DNA from: Auanema rhodensis
Lineage: Eukaryota; Animalia; Nematoda
DNA: 64,000 nt
Reading direction: 5' to 3'
NCBI GenBank assembly: GCA_964057225.1
Contig: OZ059895.1
Location: 12,338,001 to 12,402,000 of the forward strand
In this document: positions 25,073 to 36,917 of the stretch, one piece after another
Layout of the letters: each line of letters begins with the position of its first letter
How positions within the stretch are numbered: position 1 is the stretch's first letter
Notes under the pieces: model-generated
Databases searched by the model: none
What the model was told of the DNA's origin: nothing
What the model saw: only the letters and a program-made list of their open reading frames with translations
Made by a program: the position numbers and the translations under genes

Positions 25073-26675
25073 CAGTACCGGCCAAAAAGATATAGCCTCC
25101 ATTGTTTTCAGATATATCATGAAATTAAGGATATTCAAAAATATTTTTTTAAAAGGGATAATAATAATTTAAAAGTGCTTATCAAATAGCTGCTGGTTAC
25201 TAAGAAATTTAAAAGATTTAATAAACAAGAAGGACATATCTGTACTTTGTTACCTTTTTCGGGATAATGCATGAAAAGAATCATCTCAATTTTTTCAATG
25301 CTTTTCAAATGTTTAGTGTTTTTTTTGCATAGTTTTTGTATTAAAGAAGTTTCAATTCTCAATCTAGATCATGCCACGTACAAGAGGAGCCAAAAATATT
25401 CCTGAAGATGTCCAAAAAAGCATAGTAAATGGGCGTACTATGGGTTTGACTCATCGTCAACTTTCGCAGCAGTTCAACATCAGCAGAAAAGCTGTGACCA
25501 ACATGTTAACAAGATGGAGGGTCAACCAAGGATTTGTTCACAAGAAAAGCACCGGAAGACCAAGAATCACTACTGCAATATGTGATAGGAACATTGTGCG
25601 TATCAGTCGCAATGATCCAAGAAAGACGGCTACACAAGTTCTAGAAGAATTAGAAGGCTTGAACTCAGTAAAACCTTCGTTACGGACTATCAGAAGAAGG
25701 TTAGGACAAGCTGGATTGAATGGACGTAGGCCTGTAAAAAAACCACTAATCTCTGAGAAGAACAGAAGACTGAGAGTACAGTGGGCGAAAGAGCATGTTC
25801 AATGGACAAGAGAACAATGGAATAAAGTTTTATTCTCAGATGAATCAAAGTTCTCGTTGTTTGGATCCGATGGCATACACTGGATACGAAGGCCAATCAA
25901 TCGAAGATTTGATCCAAAATACCAGATACCCACAATCAAGCATGGTGGTGGCTCATGCATTGTGTGGGGCTGTTTTAGCTCTCAAGGAACAGGGCCTCTT
26001 CACCACATAAAGACGATTATGGACCGTCAAGTCTACAAGGATATTCTACAGAACGTCATGTTACCATATGCAAAGGATGCAATTGGTTCAAGCTTCATTT
26101 TTCAAGAAGATAACGATCCAAAACATCGGGCGCAGGAAGTTAGAATGTGGCAGCATGAACAAAATATTGAGCGTTTGGATTGGCCTAGCCAAAGCCCAGA
26201 CCTAAATCCCATTGAACACCTTTGGGAAGAGTTGGCACGTCGGCTTATAGGAAAAACAGCAAGAAACATCAATGAAAAATTTTCTCAATTGCAGGAGGAA
26301 TGGGAAAAAATCCCTATAGATAGAATCAATACACTCCTTGACTCAATGAAAACAAGATGCCAGCGAGTAATAGAAGCGAGAGGGTACGCTACGAAGTATT
26401 AAATTTTGTTCAAGTTGTATGAAATAACTATATTTGTTTATTAATTTTTTCATCATTTTGCGAGTTGGTGCAGTAGTTGCATTTGAAGAAAACAAACGTG
26501 TTAATGAATAAAAGTCTAAAAAACATTTTTTTTTCTTAGTTTACGAGAAAATTCATACCCGAACACTAAAAAGTTGTTATGTTTCGCAAAATTATGAAAA
26601 AGTAATGTCTAATAACAGCAAACAAAAAAAAAATTCAAAAAAGATCAAAAGGCTATATCTTTTTGGCCGGTACTG
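25073..26675 (+). mobile_element. Tc1-family DNA transposon (1603 bp)
   Basis: Perfect 26-bp TIRs CAGTACCGGCCAAAAAGATATAGCCT; TA TSD at 25071-25072 and 26676-26677. Confidence 0.97.
25371..26402 (+). CDS. Tc1-like DD34E transposase, intact and intronless, 343 aa
   Basis: [35 protein letters not shown]. Confidence 0.97.
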   Translation: MPRTRGAKNIPEDVQKSIVNGRTMGLTHRQLSQQFNISRKAVTNMLTRWRVNQGFVHKKSTGRPRITTAICDRNIVRISRNDPRKTATQVLEELEGLNSVKPSLRTIRRRLGQAGLNGRRPVKKPLISEKNRRLRVQWAKEHVQWTREQWNKVLFSDESKFSLFGSDGIHWIRRPINRRFDPKYQIPTIKHGGGSCIVWGCFSSQGTGPLHHIKTIMDRQVYKDILQNVMLPYAKDAIGSSFIFQEDNDPKHRAQEVRMWQHEQNIERLDWPSQSPDLNPIEHLWEELARRLIGKTARNINEKFSQLQEEWEKIPIDRINTLLDSMKTRCQRVIEARGYATKY

Positions 26676-26860
26676 TATATAAGATACACGTTGGAACAAT
26701 CTGTGCCAACACCCCTGTACAAAAAGATTTTGAAACGTATTTCAGTGCCATTCATTAAAGGAATATCTCTGGGACTAGGCTTTTGTACAACACTAGTCAT
26801 TATTCCACTCATTATATAAAAGTGAGTTGACTGTGTGTGGTTGTTTTTTATTTTCCTCTA

Positions 26861-27325
26861 ATGGAACTTTTATGTAACAAGTATTGTGTTACGTGCAAGG
26901 AAATATTTTCATCAGCCAAGCATTTTAGTGATCACGTATTGAAAAGATATGACGGGATTCAACCCGTATGTAACAGTTATATCAGCAATGCTGACTTTAT
27001 TCAAAAATATGGACATTTGGATGGTGTTCGTAGACGTTTGTGCCCTTATTGTAGTGAAACTTTTGGAACAAGATTCAATTGTCAGCGTCATATTCGGCGT
27101 CTTCATAATAGTAATGGAACGAATGGTAAAGATGGTGATGGAAATGATACCAGCGAACCCTCTGAAAAAACTGAGGAGTTTGTACAGTCAACCGAACCAA
27201 AACGATGCCGCTGCAATAGTAACCGAGAATATTCACAACACGAGCCGCGCATCGAACAAAACGGCGCTGAACTACCTTTTAAACCTTCGAAAATCGTAAT
27301 GTGGTCTTGTATAACTGTTGAATAA
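26861..27325 (+). CDS. Maverick C2H2 zinc-finger protein
   Basis: CVTC...F...H and CPYCSETFGTRFNCQRHIRRLH. Confidence 0.7.
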   Translation: MELLCNKYCVTCKEIFSSAKHFSDHVLKRYDGIQPVCNSYISNADFIQKYGHLDGVRRRLCPYCSETFGTRFNCQRHIRRLHNSNGTNGKDGDGNDTSEPSEKTEEFVQSTEPKRCRCNSNREYSQHEPRIEQNGAELPFKPSKIVMWSCITVE

Positions 27326-27330
27326 AACAT

Positions 27331-28188
27331 TTATTTCACATTTTTAACATGTAATGTAACAACTGTAGAACCATAATTAAATTGCATAGGGCGACCAAAT
27401 TCATCTAAAATTTCAATACGTATAGTATCGAGTGTTTGCTTAGTGATTGGTACATAACGAATAGGATTAAATGTTTTGGCAATCATTTCACCAAATTCAG
27501 TGGGAGGTGGTACAGGTAAACATGCAAGTAAATTAGCTTTCACATTACCGAGAATGGAATATTCTACAATATCACAATATATATACATTGTATTAATGTT
27601 ATTTGAAAAATCAATGGGGCGCCTGACTATCAACGTGTCGTTGATAATTTTATTCTCAAAGCCAAGAAAATATGCGAGAGCATCACCGAGTGTTGCATTC
27701 AATAATAGCCGCTTACTTGTTACAAACTCTATGCGTTGTAGTGTTTTGTTAAACCGAAACGTGGCGTCTGCCAGCATTTCCTTGACAAGTTTAGCCTCAG
27801 CTTGTCGATTATTATATTACTTTTTCACATCTTCATCTTTATCTATCAAACCCTTTATACGTGCTTCTTCCTCAGCTCCAAGAGGTTTAGTGCTGCTAGC
27901 AATAAATTGTTCTTTTCCAGCATTGATTCCGCGTATTATTTCATCACCATTTGCATAGTTACCTTTGGGCAAGTGCAGAATAAACTTTCTGTTGGAAAAA
28001 CGTAGTGTATAAGAAAGATTTTCTTGTACATTTAATATCGAACACGGAAAAATTATGTCTGTCAGCCCAATGCAATATCTGTTATTGCGTAGCCTTAATG
28101 TTTCAGGTAACCTGGTAAGAAACACTGATAAGGTATTACTTTTTTCAGAGTCAACTGATGACGGCAAAGTAATGTAAAAGTCATCCAT
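27331..28188 (-). pseudogene. Maverick minor capsid/penton (PX) with an in-frame stop
   Basis: FYITLPS...NT.S.F.T.LP and MYIYCDIV...RYVP...VTLH; both ORFs are in the same frame, separated by TAA at 27817-27819. Confidence 0.85.
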
Positions 28189-28267
28189 CAGAGACCACCA
28201 CCTGATGCGTGCACACTAGTATAAATGAAATCATTTGCATTATAGGTACATTTACGAGTGGTTGATT

Positions 28268-28744
28268 ATGGTTTTCAGCTTCAAACTACCCAGTCAGACA
28301 ACTGTAATAGGGGCAACGCAATGTGGTAAAACTACCCTTATAAAACGTATATGTGAAAATACTGAAAAGTTTTTCAACGTCCCCATTGATAGAATATTCT
28401 GGTTCAGTCAATGTGGAGCATCGTCAGGTGTTCCATTAAATGATGAGCGTTTAATAGTTATTCAAGGACCACCTGATCCGGATATAATAAAAGAGCAAAA
28501 GGGAGTAAACACCATACTAGTGCTGGATGATTTGATGAATTTTTTCTCATCGAATAAAGCGGCCAAAGAATTACTCAACAACATTTTTACAGTGTGGGCA
28601 CATCACTGGAATTTGGCAGTGTTTAATCTTGTGCAAGCTGCATTTCAGCTCGACAGGACCAGTCGAATTAATAGTACATATATAATACTGATGAAAAGTC
28701 ATTCGGATATATTGAAAAAAAAATGTAGAGCCTGCCGTCAGTAA
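28268..28744 (+). pseudogene. Packaging ATPase (A32/FtsK-like), C-terminally truncated
   Basis: Walker A GATQCGKT, Walker B ILVLDD, HH..L...Q and R.NSTY; similarity ends abruptly ~28715. Confidence 0.88.
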
Positions 28745-28763
28745 CAAGGATTCAGTTGATCCC

Positions 28764-29006
28764 GTGCCTACATCCACATCGGCTGTCACAGACTTGGATG
28801 CTACTATTAATATATTACCTAGAACACCCCGTCATCGTAAGGCTGTTATTCGATATTCACCCTCTCCGCGTCGTACATTCAAATCCAAAACTATAAATAA
28901 AAAGGCAAAACCCGCTGACACTGGTGAATCATATTACACACCTCAGGCGGGAGAAACACAGAATGACAAAGGCCGTAAACGATTCTACATTAGATTATGG
29001 AAGTAA
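28764..29006 (+). other. Probable C-terminal remnant of a deleted Maverick ORF (possibly PZ-like)
   Basis: Ser/Pro/Arg-rich tail ending RLWK between the ATPase deletion junction and the integrase; identity inferred from position only. Confidence 0.35.
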
Positions 29007-29009
29007 TGT

Positions 29010-29937
29010 TTTAGAGAACATTTATTATAATATTAAGCATCCAGCTTCTTATACGTCTGCCTAAAATCTATTATTGGAAGCGCGAAAGCATGGCATCGCA
29101 AAAGCACAAGTTGAAAGTTTTTTGCAAGACTCTGAAACTTTTACACGTCATAAACCAACCAGACTGCATATGCAGACTAAAAAGACTAGAGGCTGTGGTC
29201 GATTCCTAACAATGCAAGCAGATTTGATTGATATGCAAAAATATAAAAAATCAAATGACGGCTATGCTTACATGTTGACCATGATTGATGCTTATACACG
29301 CATGTTATATGTTAGGCCTTTGAAAACTAAAGGTGGTTTAGAGGTTGCTACTGCATTTGAAAATGTATTCAAGGATTTTATACCAATCCAACTAATAACG
29401 GATAACGGTGCAGAGTTTTATAATAGTCATTGTGAAAAACTATTCAAAAAATTTGCCATACTGCATGAATCAACAAGTTCACCACAAAAGGCGGCAATGG
29501 TGGAGCGAGCAAATAGAACTTTAAAAACGCGCATGATGAAATATCTCTATTACAAGAATAATCATCGATGGATTGATATACTAGATGACTTGGTCGAAGG
29601 AATAAACAAATCTTATAATCGGTCGATTAAAATGCGCCCCGTAGATGTTACAGCAAATATATTCGTTGAAGAATATGCACCAGCTGTTCGCAACCGATTT
29701 AAAATTGGTGATAATGTTCGCATAAGCAAGAACAGGCGTACTTTTGAAAAAAGTTACGAGTCTGGAATATTCTATGAGCCTGAACTTGTGTTGGCTACTA
29801 ATAAAAGCAACCAGTACTATATTGAGAAAGTTTTGAAAGAGCGTACACGAAATGGTAAACGCCAAGTATTTGTAAAATGGAGTGGCTAACCCGACAACTT
29901 TAATGAATGGATAGATGCAGAAAATTTAAATGTATAA
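29010..29937 (+). pseudogene. Maverick retroviral-like integrase with C-terminal chromodomain, disrupted
   Basis: QADLIDM, TDNGAEF, VERANRTLK, YYIEKVL...VKWSG*PDNFNEWI; stops ~29062 and 29887; apparent deletion between FEKSYE and GIFYEPEL. Confidence 0.9.
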
Positions 29938-30189
29938 TTTTTCACTGTTGTTGTAAACAATTGTATTAATAATAAATGATTTATTTGATCAATCGTTCAT
30001 ATTGTAAACACATGTTCTAATTTTAAATGAAAATTTATTGTTCAATAAATATATTACAAAACATTTATTCTATTCTTGAACATAGTTATGAAATACATTA
30101 GCTATCAGAACATTTATAAACTATTAGGGCTACAACAACAATTACTTTAAAGTAACATTTTTGATGTTAAAAAGTTTGAAAATATTCGT

Positions 30190-30965
30190 ATATACTCATG
30201 ACCCCTTGGCATAGTAAGTATTCTTTAGCGTTATGGGTACATGTGGTGTTCAGCTATTTATCATAATTTTATGAACATAACTTTTGCCATGTGGTACATG
30301 TGTAGTGCACCTGTTTTAACGATCTTATCGAATTAACCTTCGATATGTGTTTCATTAAATTTAGTTTAAATATTTATTACTTCTTATCGAATTAACCTTC
30401 GATATGAGTTCCACTGATTAACCCATAAGAGGTACGGTGAACATATTGATTACCTTTTAAAAATGTTTAAATAAATAAAAAACAATATATATGAAAAATA
30501 ATTTATTCAGTTTTAAAGATACAATTAAAAAATATATAAATATTAAAATACATTTAAAAAGAAATAATATTAAAAATATATTTAAAAAGAAACAATTAAA
30601 TAATAATATTTACAAATACAATTTAAAATATATATAAATATTAAAAATACATTTAAAAAGAAATAAGTTTAAAAATATTTACAAATACTATTAACAAATA
30701 TATAAATAATAAAAGTTCATTTAAAATAATACATTAAAAAATAATTTTAAAAATGATTTTAAAAAAAATCATGCATTTTGATCCATGCGCAGGCTCGAGA
30801 GCCTGCCTCGGGAGGAAAAGTATATTTTTGACAGCTGACGCCGAAAATATGATTTTGACAGCTGACGCCCCCCAAAAGTATGTTTTTAGCAGCTGACGCC
30901 CTCAAAAGTATGTTTTTAGCAACTGTTTGGGGGCGTGGTTAGTAAATTCGGCATGGCTCTCTACT
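30190..30965 (-). repeat. Maverick right TIR
   Basis: Ends CTCTCTACT; reverse complement of the left terminus. Confidence 0.9.
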
Positions 30966-30978
30966 ATCAGATATTTTC

Positions 30979-31097
30979 GCTTACGACCATACCACGTTGA
31001 AAGTACGCCATCTCGTCCGATCTGGCAAGTCAAGCAACGTTGGGCCCGGTTAGTAATTGGATCGGAGACGGCTTGGGACTCCCGGGTGCCGTAAGCT
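30979..31097 (+). rRNA. 5S rRNA (variant)
   Basis: Full length with a few substitutions. Confidence 0.88.
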
Positions 31098-31908
31098 TTT
31101 CAAATTTTTTTAACGATCATACCACGTTGAAAGAACGCCATGCAGCTGATTTTTAATTTAATCTCTTCCGTAACAAATGTTTTTAATTTTCCAGCAGTTT
31201 TACTTAGATAGCTCAACCCAAGGCATCGAAATATCTTCAATCTTATTTCTATATTACATTTATAAACCAGTAGTTTATGAACCTTCATCTTAACTTTACT
31301 GTTTCTATCTATTTCCTATTGAAACAAACGTTGTTTAAACACTATACAACTGTGAAACCTTTTTTAATTTATTGTATTTGGAGCTCATAAGATTTGATAT
31401 CATCGAGGGATTTAGATGTAACGTAGAAAATTACATAACTAACATGAAATTGGAAAAAAAAACAATAACGAGGATAAGTATGTAAATCATTGAATATTAG
31501 ATATTTTCGCTTACGACCATACCACGTTGAAAGTACGCCATGCAGCTGATTCTCAATTTTATCTCTTCCGTAACAAATGTTTTCAATTTTCCAGCAGTTT
31601 TACTTAGATAGCTCAACCGAAGGCAGCAAATTATCTCTAATCTTATTCCTATATTACATTTATAAACCAGTAGTTTATGAACCTTCATCTTAACTTTACT
31701 GTTTCTATCTATTTCCTATTGAAACAAACATTGTTTAAACACTATACAACTGTGAAACCTTTTTTAATGCATTGTATTTGGAGCTCATAAGATTTGATAT
31801 CATCGAGGGATATAGATGTAACGTAGAAAATTACATAACTAACATGAAATTGGAAAAAAAAACAATAACGAGGATAAGTATGTAAATCATTGAATATTAG
31901 ATATTTTC

Positions 31909-32027
31909 GCTTACGACCATACCACGTTGAAAGTACGCCATCCCGTCCGATCTGGCATGTCAAGCAACGTTGGGCCCGAATAGTACTTGGATCGGAGACG
32001 GCTTGGGAATCCCGGGTGCCGTAAGCT
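31909..32027 (+). rRNA. 5S rRNA (variant)
   Basis: Full length with a few substitutions. Confidence 0.88.
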
Positions 32028-32425
32028 TTTCAAATTTTTTTAACGATCATACCACGTTGAAAGTACGCCATGAAGCTGATTTTCAATTTTATCTCTTCCG
32101 TAACAAATGTTTTTAATCTTCCAGCAGTTTTACTTAGATAGCTCAACCCAAGACATCAAAATATCTTTAATGTTATTTCTATATTACATTTATGAACCAG
32201 TAGTTTATGAACCTTCATCTTAACTTTACTGTTTTTATCTATTTACTATTGAAACAAACATTGTTTAAACACTATACAACTGTGAAACCTTTTTTAATTT
32301 ATTGTATTTGGAGCTCATAAAATTTGATATCATCGAGGGATTTAGATGTAACGTAGAAAATTACATAACTAACATGAAATTGGAAAAAAAAACAATAACG
32401 AGGATAAGTATGTAAGTCATTGAAA

Positions 32426-32544
32426 ACTTACGACCATACCACGTTGAAAGTACGCCATCCCGTCCGATCTGGCAAGTCAAGCAACGTTGGGCCCGGTTAG
32501 TACTTGGATCAGAGACGGCTTGGGAATCCCGGGTGCCGTAAGCT
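32426..32544 (+). rRNA. 5S rRNA (variant, G1A)
   Basis: Full length; upstream 13-bp deletion. Confidence 0.85.
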
Positions 32545-33438
32545 TTTCAAATTTTTTTAACGATCATAGCACGTTGAAAGAACGCCATGCATCTGATTTT
32601 CAATTTTATCTCTTCCGTAACAAATGTTTTTAATTTTCCAGCAGTTTTACTTAGATAGCTCAACCCAAGACATCAAAATATCTTTAATCTTATTTCTATA
32701 TTACATTTATAAACCAGTAGTTTATGAACCTTCATCTTAACTTTACTGTTTCTATCTATTTCCTATTGAAACAAACATTGTTTAAACACTATACAACTGT
32801 GAAACCTTTTTTAATTTATTGTATTTGGAGCTCATAAGATTTGATATCATCGAGGGATTTAGATGTAACGTAGAAAATTACATAACTAACATGAAATTGG
32901 AAAAAAATCAATAACGAGGATAAGTATGTAAGTCATTGAAAACTTACGACCATACCACGTTGAAAGTACGCCATGCAGCTGATTTTCAATTTTATCTCTT
33001 CCGTAACAAATGTTTTCAATTTTCCAGCAGTTTTACTTAGATAGCTCAACCCAAGGCATCAAAATATCTTCAATCTTATTTCTATATTACATTTATAAAC
33101 CAGTAGTTTATGAACCTTCATCTTAACTTTACTGTTTCTATCTATTTCCTATTGAAACAAACGTTGTTTAAACACTATACAACTGTGAAACCTTTTTTAA
33201 TTTATTGTATTTGGAGCTCATAAGATTTGATATCATCGAGGGATTTAGATGTAACGTAGAAAATAACATAACTAACATGAAATTGGAACGTTCCATTTGA
33301 TTGCCCTAGGGTAAAATCAAATTTCGAAAACTTGGATGACTGATTATTGTTGTTTGTTTGATGAGAAAAAAATGGGAAAATGATGCAAAAGTATAAATAA
33401 AATAATTATGATAAAAAAAATGAATTTTCAAACTTGTT

Positions 33439-36400
33439 TTAGATAGTTGTTGGTCCTCCTATCACTGTTGAAGGTCGTTTCTTTCGTTCAACCGATGTGT
33501 TTGGTAAATTGATATGGGCATCAGGTATCTGAGAGCGTGTAAGCCTACTTTTAGGTTTTAAAGGGGGTATCACGCTGTTGTACCTTATTGGTACGTGAAA
33601 CGGTTTTGGAGGAGTAATCGGATTTTTGTCTTCTAAACCGAGTGCCAATTTGAAAGCTGAGCTCCATCTTTTGATTGTAGGTAACTCTTTTTGTCTTTCT
33701 TCGTAGAGCTCTTGTCTTGTTTCTTCTCCAATTTTGTCGACCAATTGTTGGAATTGGTTGTTTTCTTCTTTGTTCGTAGATGTCTTGTCTGCTGTATCTA
33801 GTCCAGATTCCGATTGATAACTTTCTTGTTGTCTTTCCAACGTATCTTCCTGCGGTGTTATTGTTTCTTTAGTTGTTATTATAGGTCGGCTTTGTTCGTA
33901 GAACTCGTCCTCGTTATCGCTGTCCGAATCAGAAATTGGGGGCGTGGCTTGACCGTTGTTCTGAGCGCGCGTATTGACCTGATCGTGCCGGGACCTGTTG
34001 CTATAAATAGCGGATCCCGCGTCATTTCTGCCGTGCTCGCTTTCCTCGATGTTATTGTCATCGGGTGGAAAGTATCTTATATTATTCTTATGAGCCCGTA
34101 TTCTATTCCCGTCGTCATCTGCTAATATGACATTATTTTTATTTATTTCTTTTATGAGGTACGGTCCATCACTGACTGCTTGCAGTTTGTTGGTGGGCTT
34201 TGCCCGTTTGACGAGAGCTGTGTTATCCACGTAGAGTTCTCGTTCTTGTATCTTGTGTGCCTCGTCGTATTTCTTCTTCATCTTCTCATTGTTCCTTGTT
34301 ATCCTTTCGTATATTTTCTCATGTAAATCTCCTGTGGGTTTGAGAGTGGGTGCGGGAGTGTCCAGGTTGTGGTCGATTGGTAGTCGCGCTGCCTGACCAA
34401 AGATACAATCGTAGGGCGGTGTGCGCGTTGTGGCATCAGGTAGCCTGTTGAGTGTGAATACTATCTTAGGAGTATATCATCCCAATTGTCCTGTTCCGTA
34501 TTTACGTACGACGTTAGTGCTTCTTCTAGTGTTCTGTGTAGTCGTTCCACTTGTCCATTTGCATTCTTGTAATATGGCATAGTTGTATGATGCTCGGAAC
34601 CTAGTTGTTCGCACATTGTTTTGAATTCGTGAGAAACAAAATTGGATCCGTTGTCCGTTATGATCCTTTTTGGTGGTCCGAAAACAAAGAACAGGTTTTT
34701 CTTAATTGCTGTTATGATTTCTTCTGATGTTTGTCTTAATAATGGTGTTGCTATTATCCATTTGGAGAACGCGTCCTGTATTGATAAGATATATCTGTTC
34801 CCGTTTTGTGTTCGTGGTAGTGGTCCGAGAATGTCCATGTGAACTCTTTCCCAAGGTTGTGAAACGGTGGGAAAGTTTCTCATGGGTTCCACCGTTGCTT
34901 CATGCGGGTTATTTTTCCTTTTTGCGCACTGAAGACATCTGTTGACGTAGTTGGTGATATCTTCTTGCATTCCTGTCCATGTATAACGGCGTAGAATTGA
35001 GTCATGTGTTTTGTTGATTCCTAGATGAGCTTCTAGTAATGGGTCCTTATGAAACTTATCGATTACTGTAGTAATTGTTAGATCATTGGGTAGAACGGCT
35101 CGAGGTGTTTGGAATGCTGTTTTTGGCTTTGCATAGAGAATATTATTTTGAACTATATATCGATCTGTTAGTTGCCTTCCTGCTGTTTTGTTCTGAATCT
35201 TTTCTTTTGTTTCCATGATCCATTCTGTTTCCTCTTGAATTGTCCGAAGGTCCGTGATAGTTGTAATAGTAGAGATTTGATGCGTGGGAGATTCTTTCGT
35301 TTTCTTCTTTCTTTCCTTCGCTTTGTTGATTTCGTCTTCGAAGTATCTTGATAATGCGTCACAAACGCTATTAAGACGTGGGCGATAGATAATTTCAATA
35401 TCATACTCTTGGAGTACTATTTGAAATTTGGCTAGTCTTCCTATGAGGTCTTTTCTTGTCATAAGGCTAGTTAAGGGTCTATGATCGGTTATGATTTTGA
35501 TCGGTGCTCCTAAGATGTAGGTGCGAAACTGATGAACTGCGAAAATTAGGGCTAAGGCTTCGATCTCAATCGGGGGGTAGTTCCTTTCTGCTTTGTTTAG
35601 TTTACGGCTAGCGAAAGCTATTGGGTGCAGTGGTTCTTGATCATCCGCAGATTGCAATAGAACTGCTCCTACTGCAATTATGCTTCCGTCGCTTTCAACT
35701 ACGTATGGTCGTTTTGCTCTAGGTGCCTGAAGAACCGGTGCTTGACAAAGGGCTTTCTTCAGGTGTTGGAAAGATTTTTCTTCTTTGTCTCCCCATGTGA
35801 AAGCTTTATCCTTTTTTGTGAGGTCGTAGAGAGGTGAGGCAATTCCTGCGGCATTTTTGATGAATCTTCGAAAGTAGTTAACGACGCCCATGAAAGCTCT
35901 GACTCCTGTTGTTGACTTTGGTCTGGGGTAGTCTCTGATGGCTTTAATTTTCTGAGGGTCCGGTTTTATTCCCTCATATCCGACTATAAATCCGAGAAAC
36001 TTGACTTCTCTTTGTCCAAAGGTGCATTTCTTTAGCTTAATTTTGAATCCTAGCTCTATTGCTACTCTCAAAACTTCTTCGATATCTTGAAGATGTTGTG
36101 TGGTTGATTCTGATATAAACAGAAGATCGTCTAGATATACGAAGAGTTTGCAGCGTACATGTTGTTGTAGGTACCGTACTGCGTTTTGGAATGTATGTGG
36201 GGCTCCACAGAGTCCCATGGGCATTCGACAGTATTGATATGTACCACTAGTTGTAGTAAATGCTGTTAAATGTCGATCTTCTTTACGCAGAGGTATTTGG
36301 AAGAATCCTGATACCAAATCAAAGTTAGTGAAGATGCATGCTCCTGCTGCTAGATCGAGAATATCTTGTATGTTTGAAATGACGTATATCTGCTTTAGTG

Positions 36401-36917
36401 TTATGGCATTTAATGCTCGAAAATCCGTAACAAAACGGTATGTTTTGTCCTTCTTTTTGACGAGTATAACGGGACTTGTGGTAATAGAAATTGATGGTTC
36501 TATTATACCTTGTTCGAGCATTTCCTCCACCTGTTTTTCGACTTCTTCTTGTTGAGTTAGAGGGATCCTGTATGTGATTTGAAATGATGGAAATTTTCCT
36601 GGTATGATAGGGATATTATGTTCCACTGGTCCTTTAAAAAGTCCGATATTGCGATCCTCGTTCAAAAAAGCTTCCTTATTTCTAAGTACTATTTTCTTTA
36701 ATTCTTGTCTTTCCAATTGGGTGAAGATGGTGTTTGTTACGTCGAGATCCTTTATGAAGTCGTCTGGAAAGTATGGTAGTTGTTCTTCCCATCTTGCTTC
36801 CGGTGGGACGTATTGTCCTTTTTGTTCTTTGATATCTTTTGGGATAGCGTAAGCAGTTCCGATTCCTTGATTTGTTTTAATTTTGATTGTTTCGGGTGAG
36901 ATATTTGTAGCGAATAT
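33439..36917 (-). pseudogene. Gypsy pol (RT, RNase H, integrase with GPY and long tail); one frameshift
   Basis: YRFVTDFRALN, MPMGL, YLDD, SDGS...GAVL, EIEALA, TDHRPL, DALSR, HHCC, VHMDILGP, TDNGSNF, VERLHRTL. In frame with the upstream ORF after one TAG; 1-nt frameshift ~34468. Confidence 0.93.

Larger units (their letters stand above)
10815..30965. mobile_element. Maverick/Polinton, 20.15 kb including nested LINE and Tc1
   Basis: Long TIRs starting AGTAGAGAG; pPolB, major and minor capsid, adenain protease, packaging ATPase and chromodomain integrase. Confidence 0.96.
30966..33288 (+). repeat. 5S rDNA array segment between the Maverick and the Gypsy element (3 full and 2 truncated units)
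   Basis: Same unit sequence as the main array. Confidence 0.95.

Noticed and set aside
10815-30965. Fusogen, kinase or serine-protease cargo of nematode Mavericks
   Set aside because: No such ORF visible; could have been lost in the deletion near 28715 but cannot be supported
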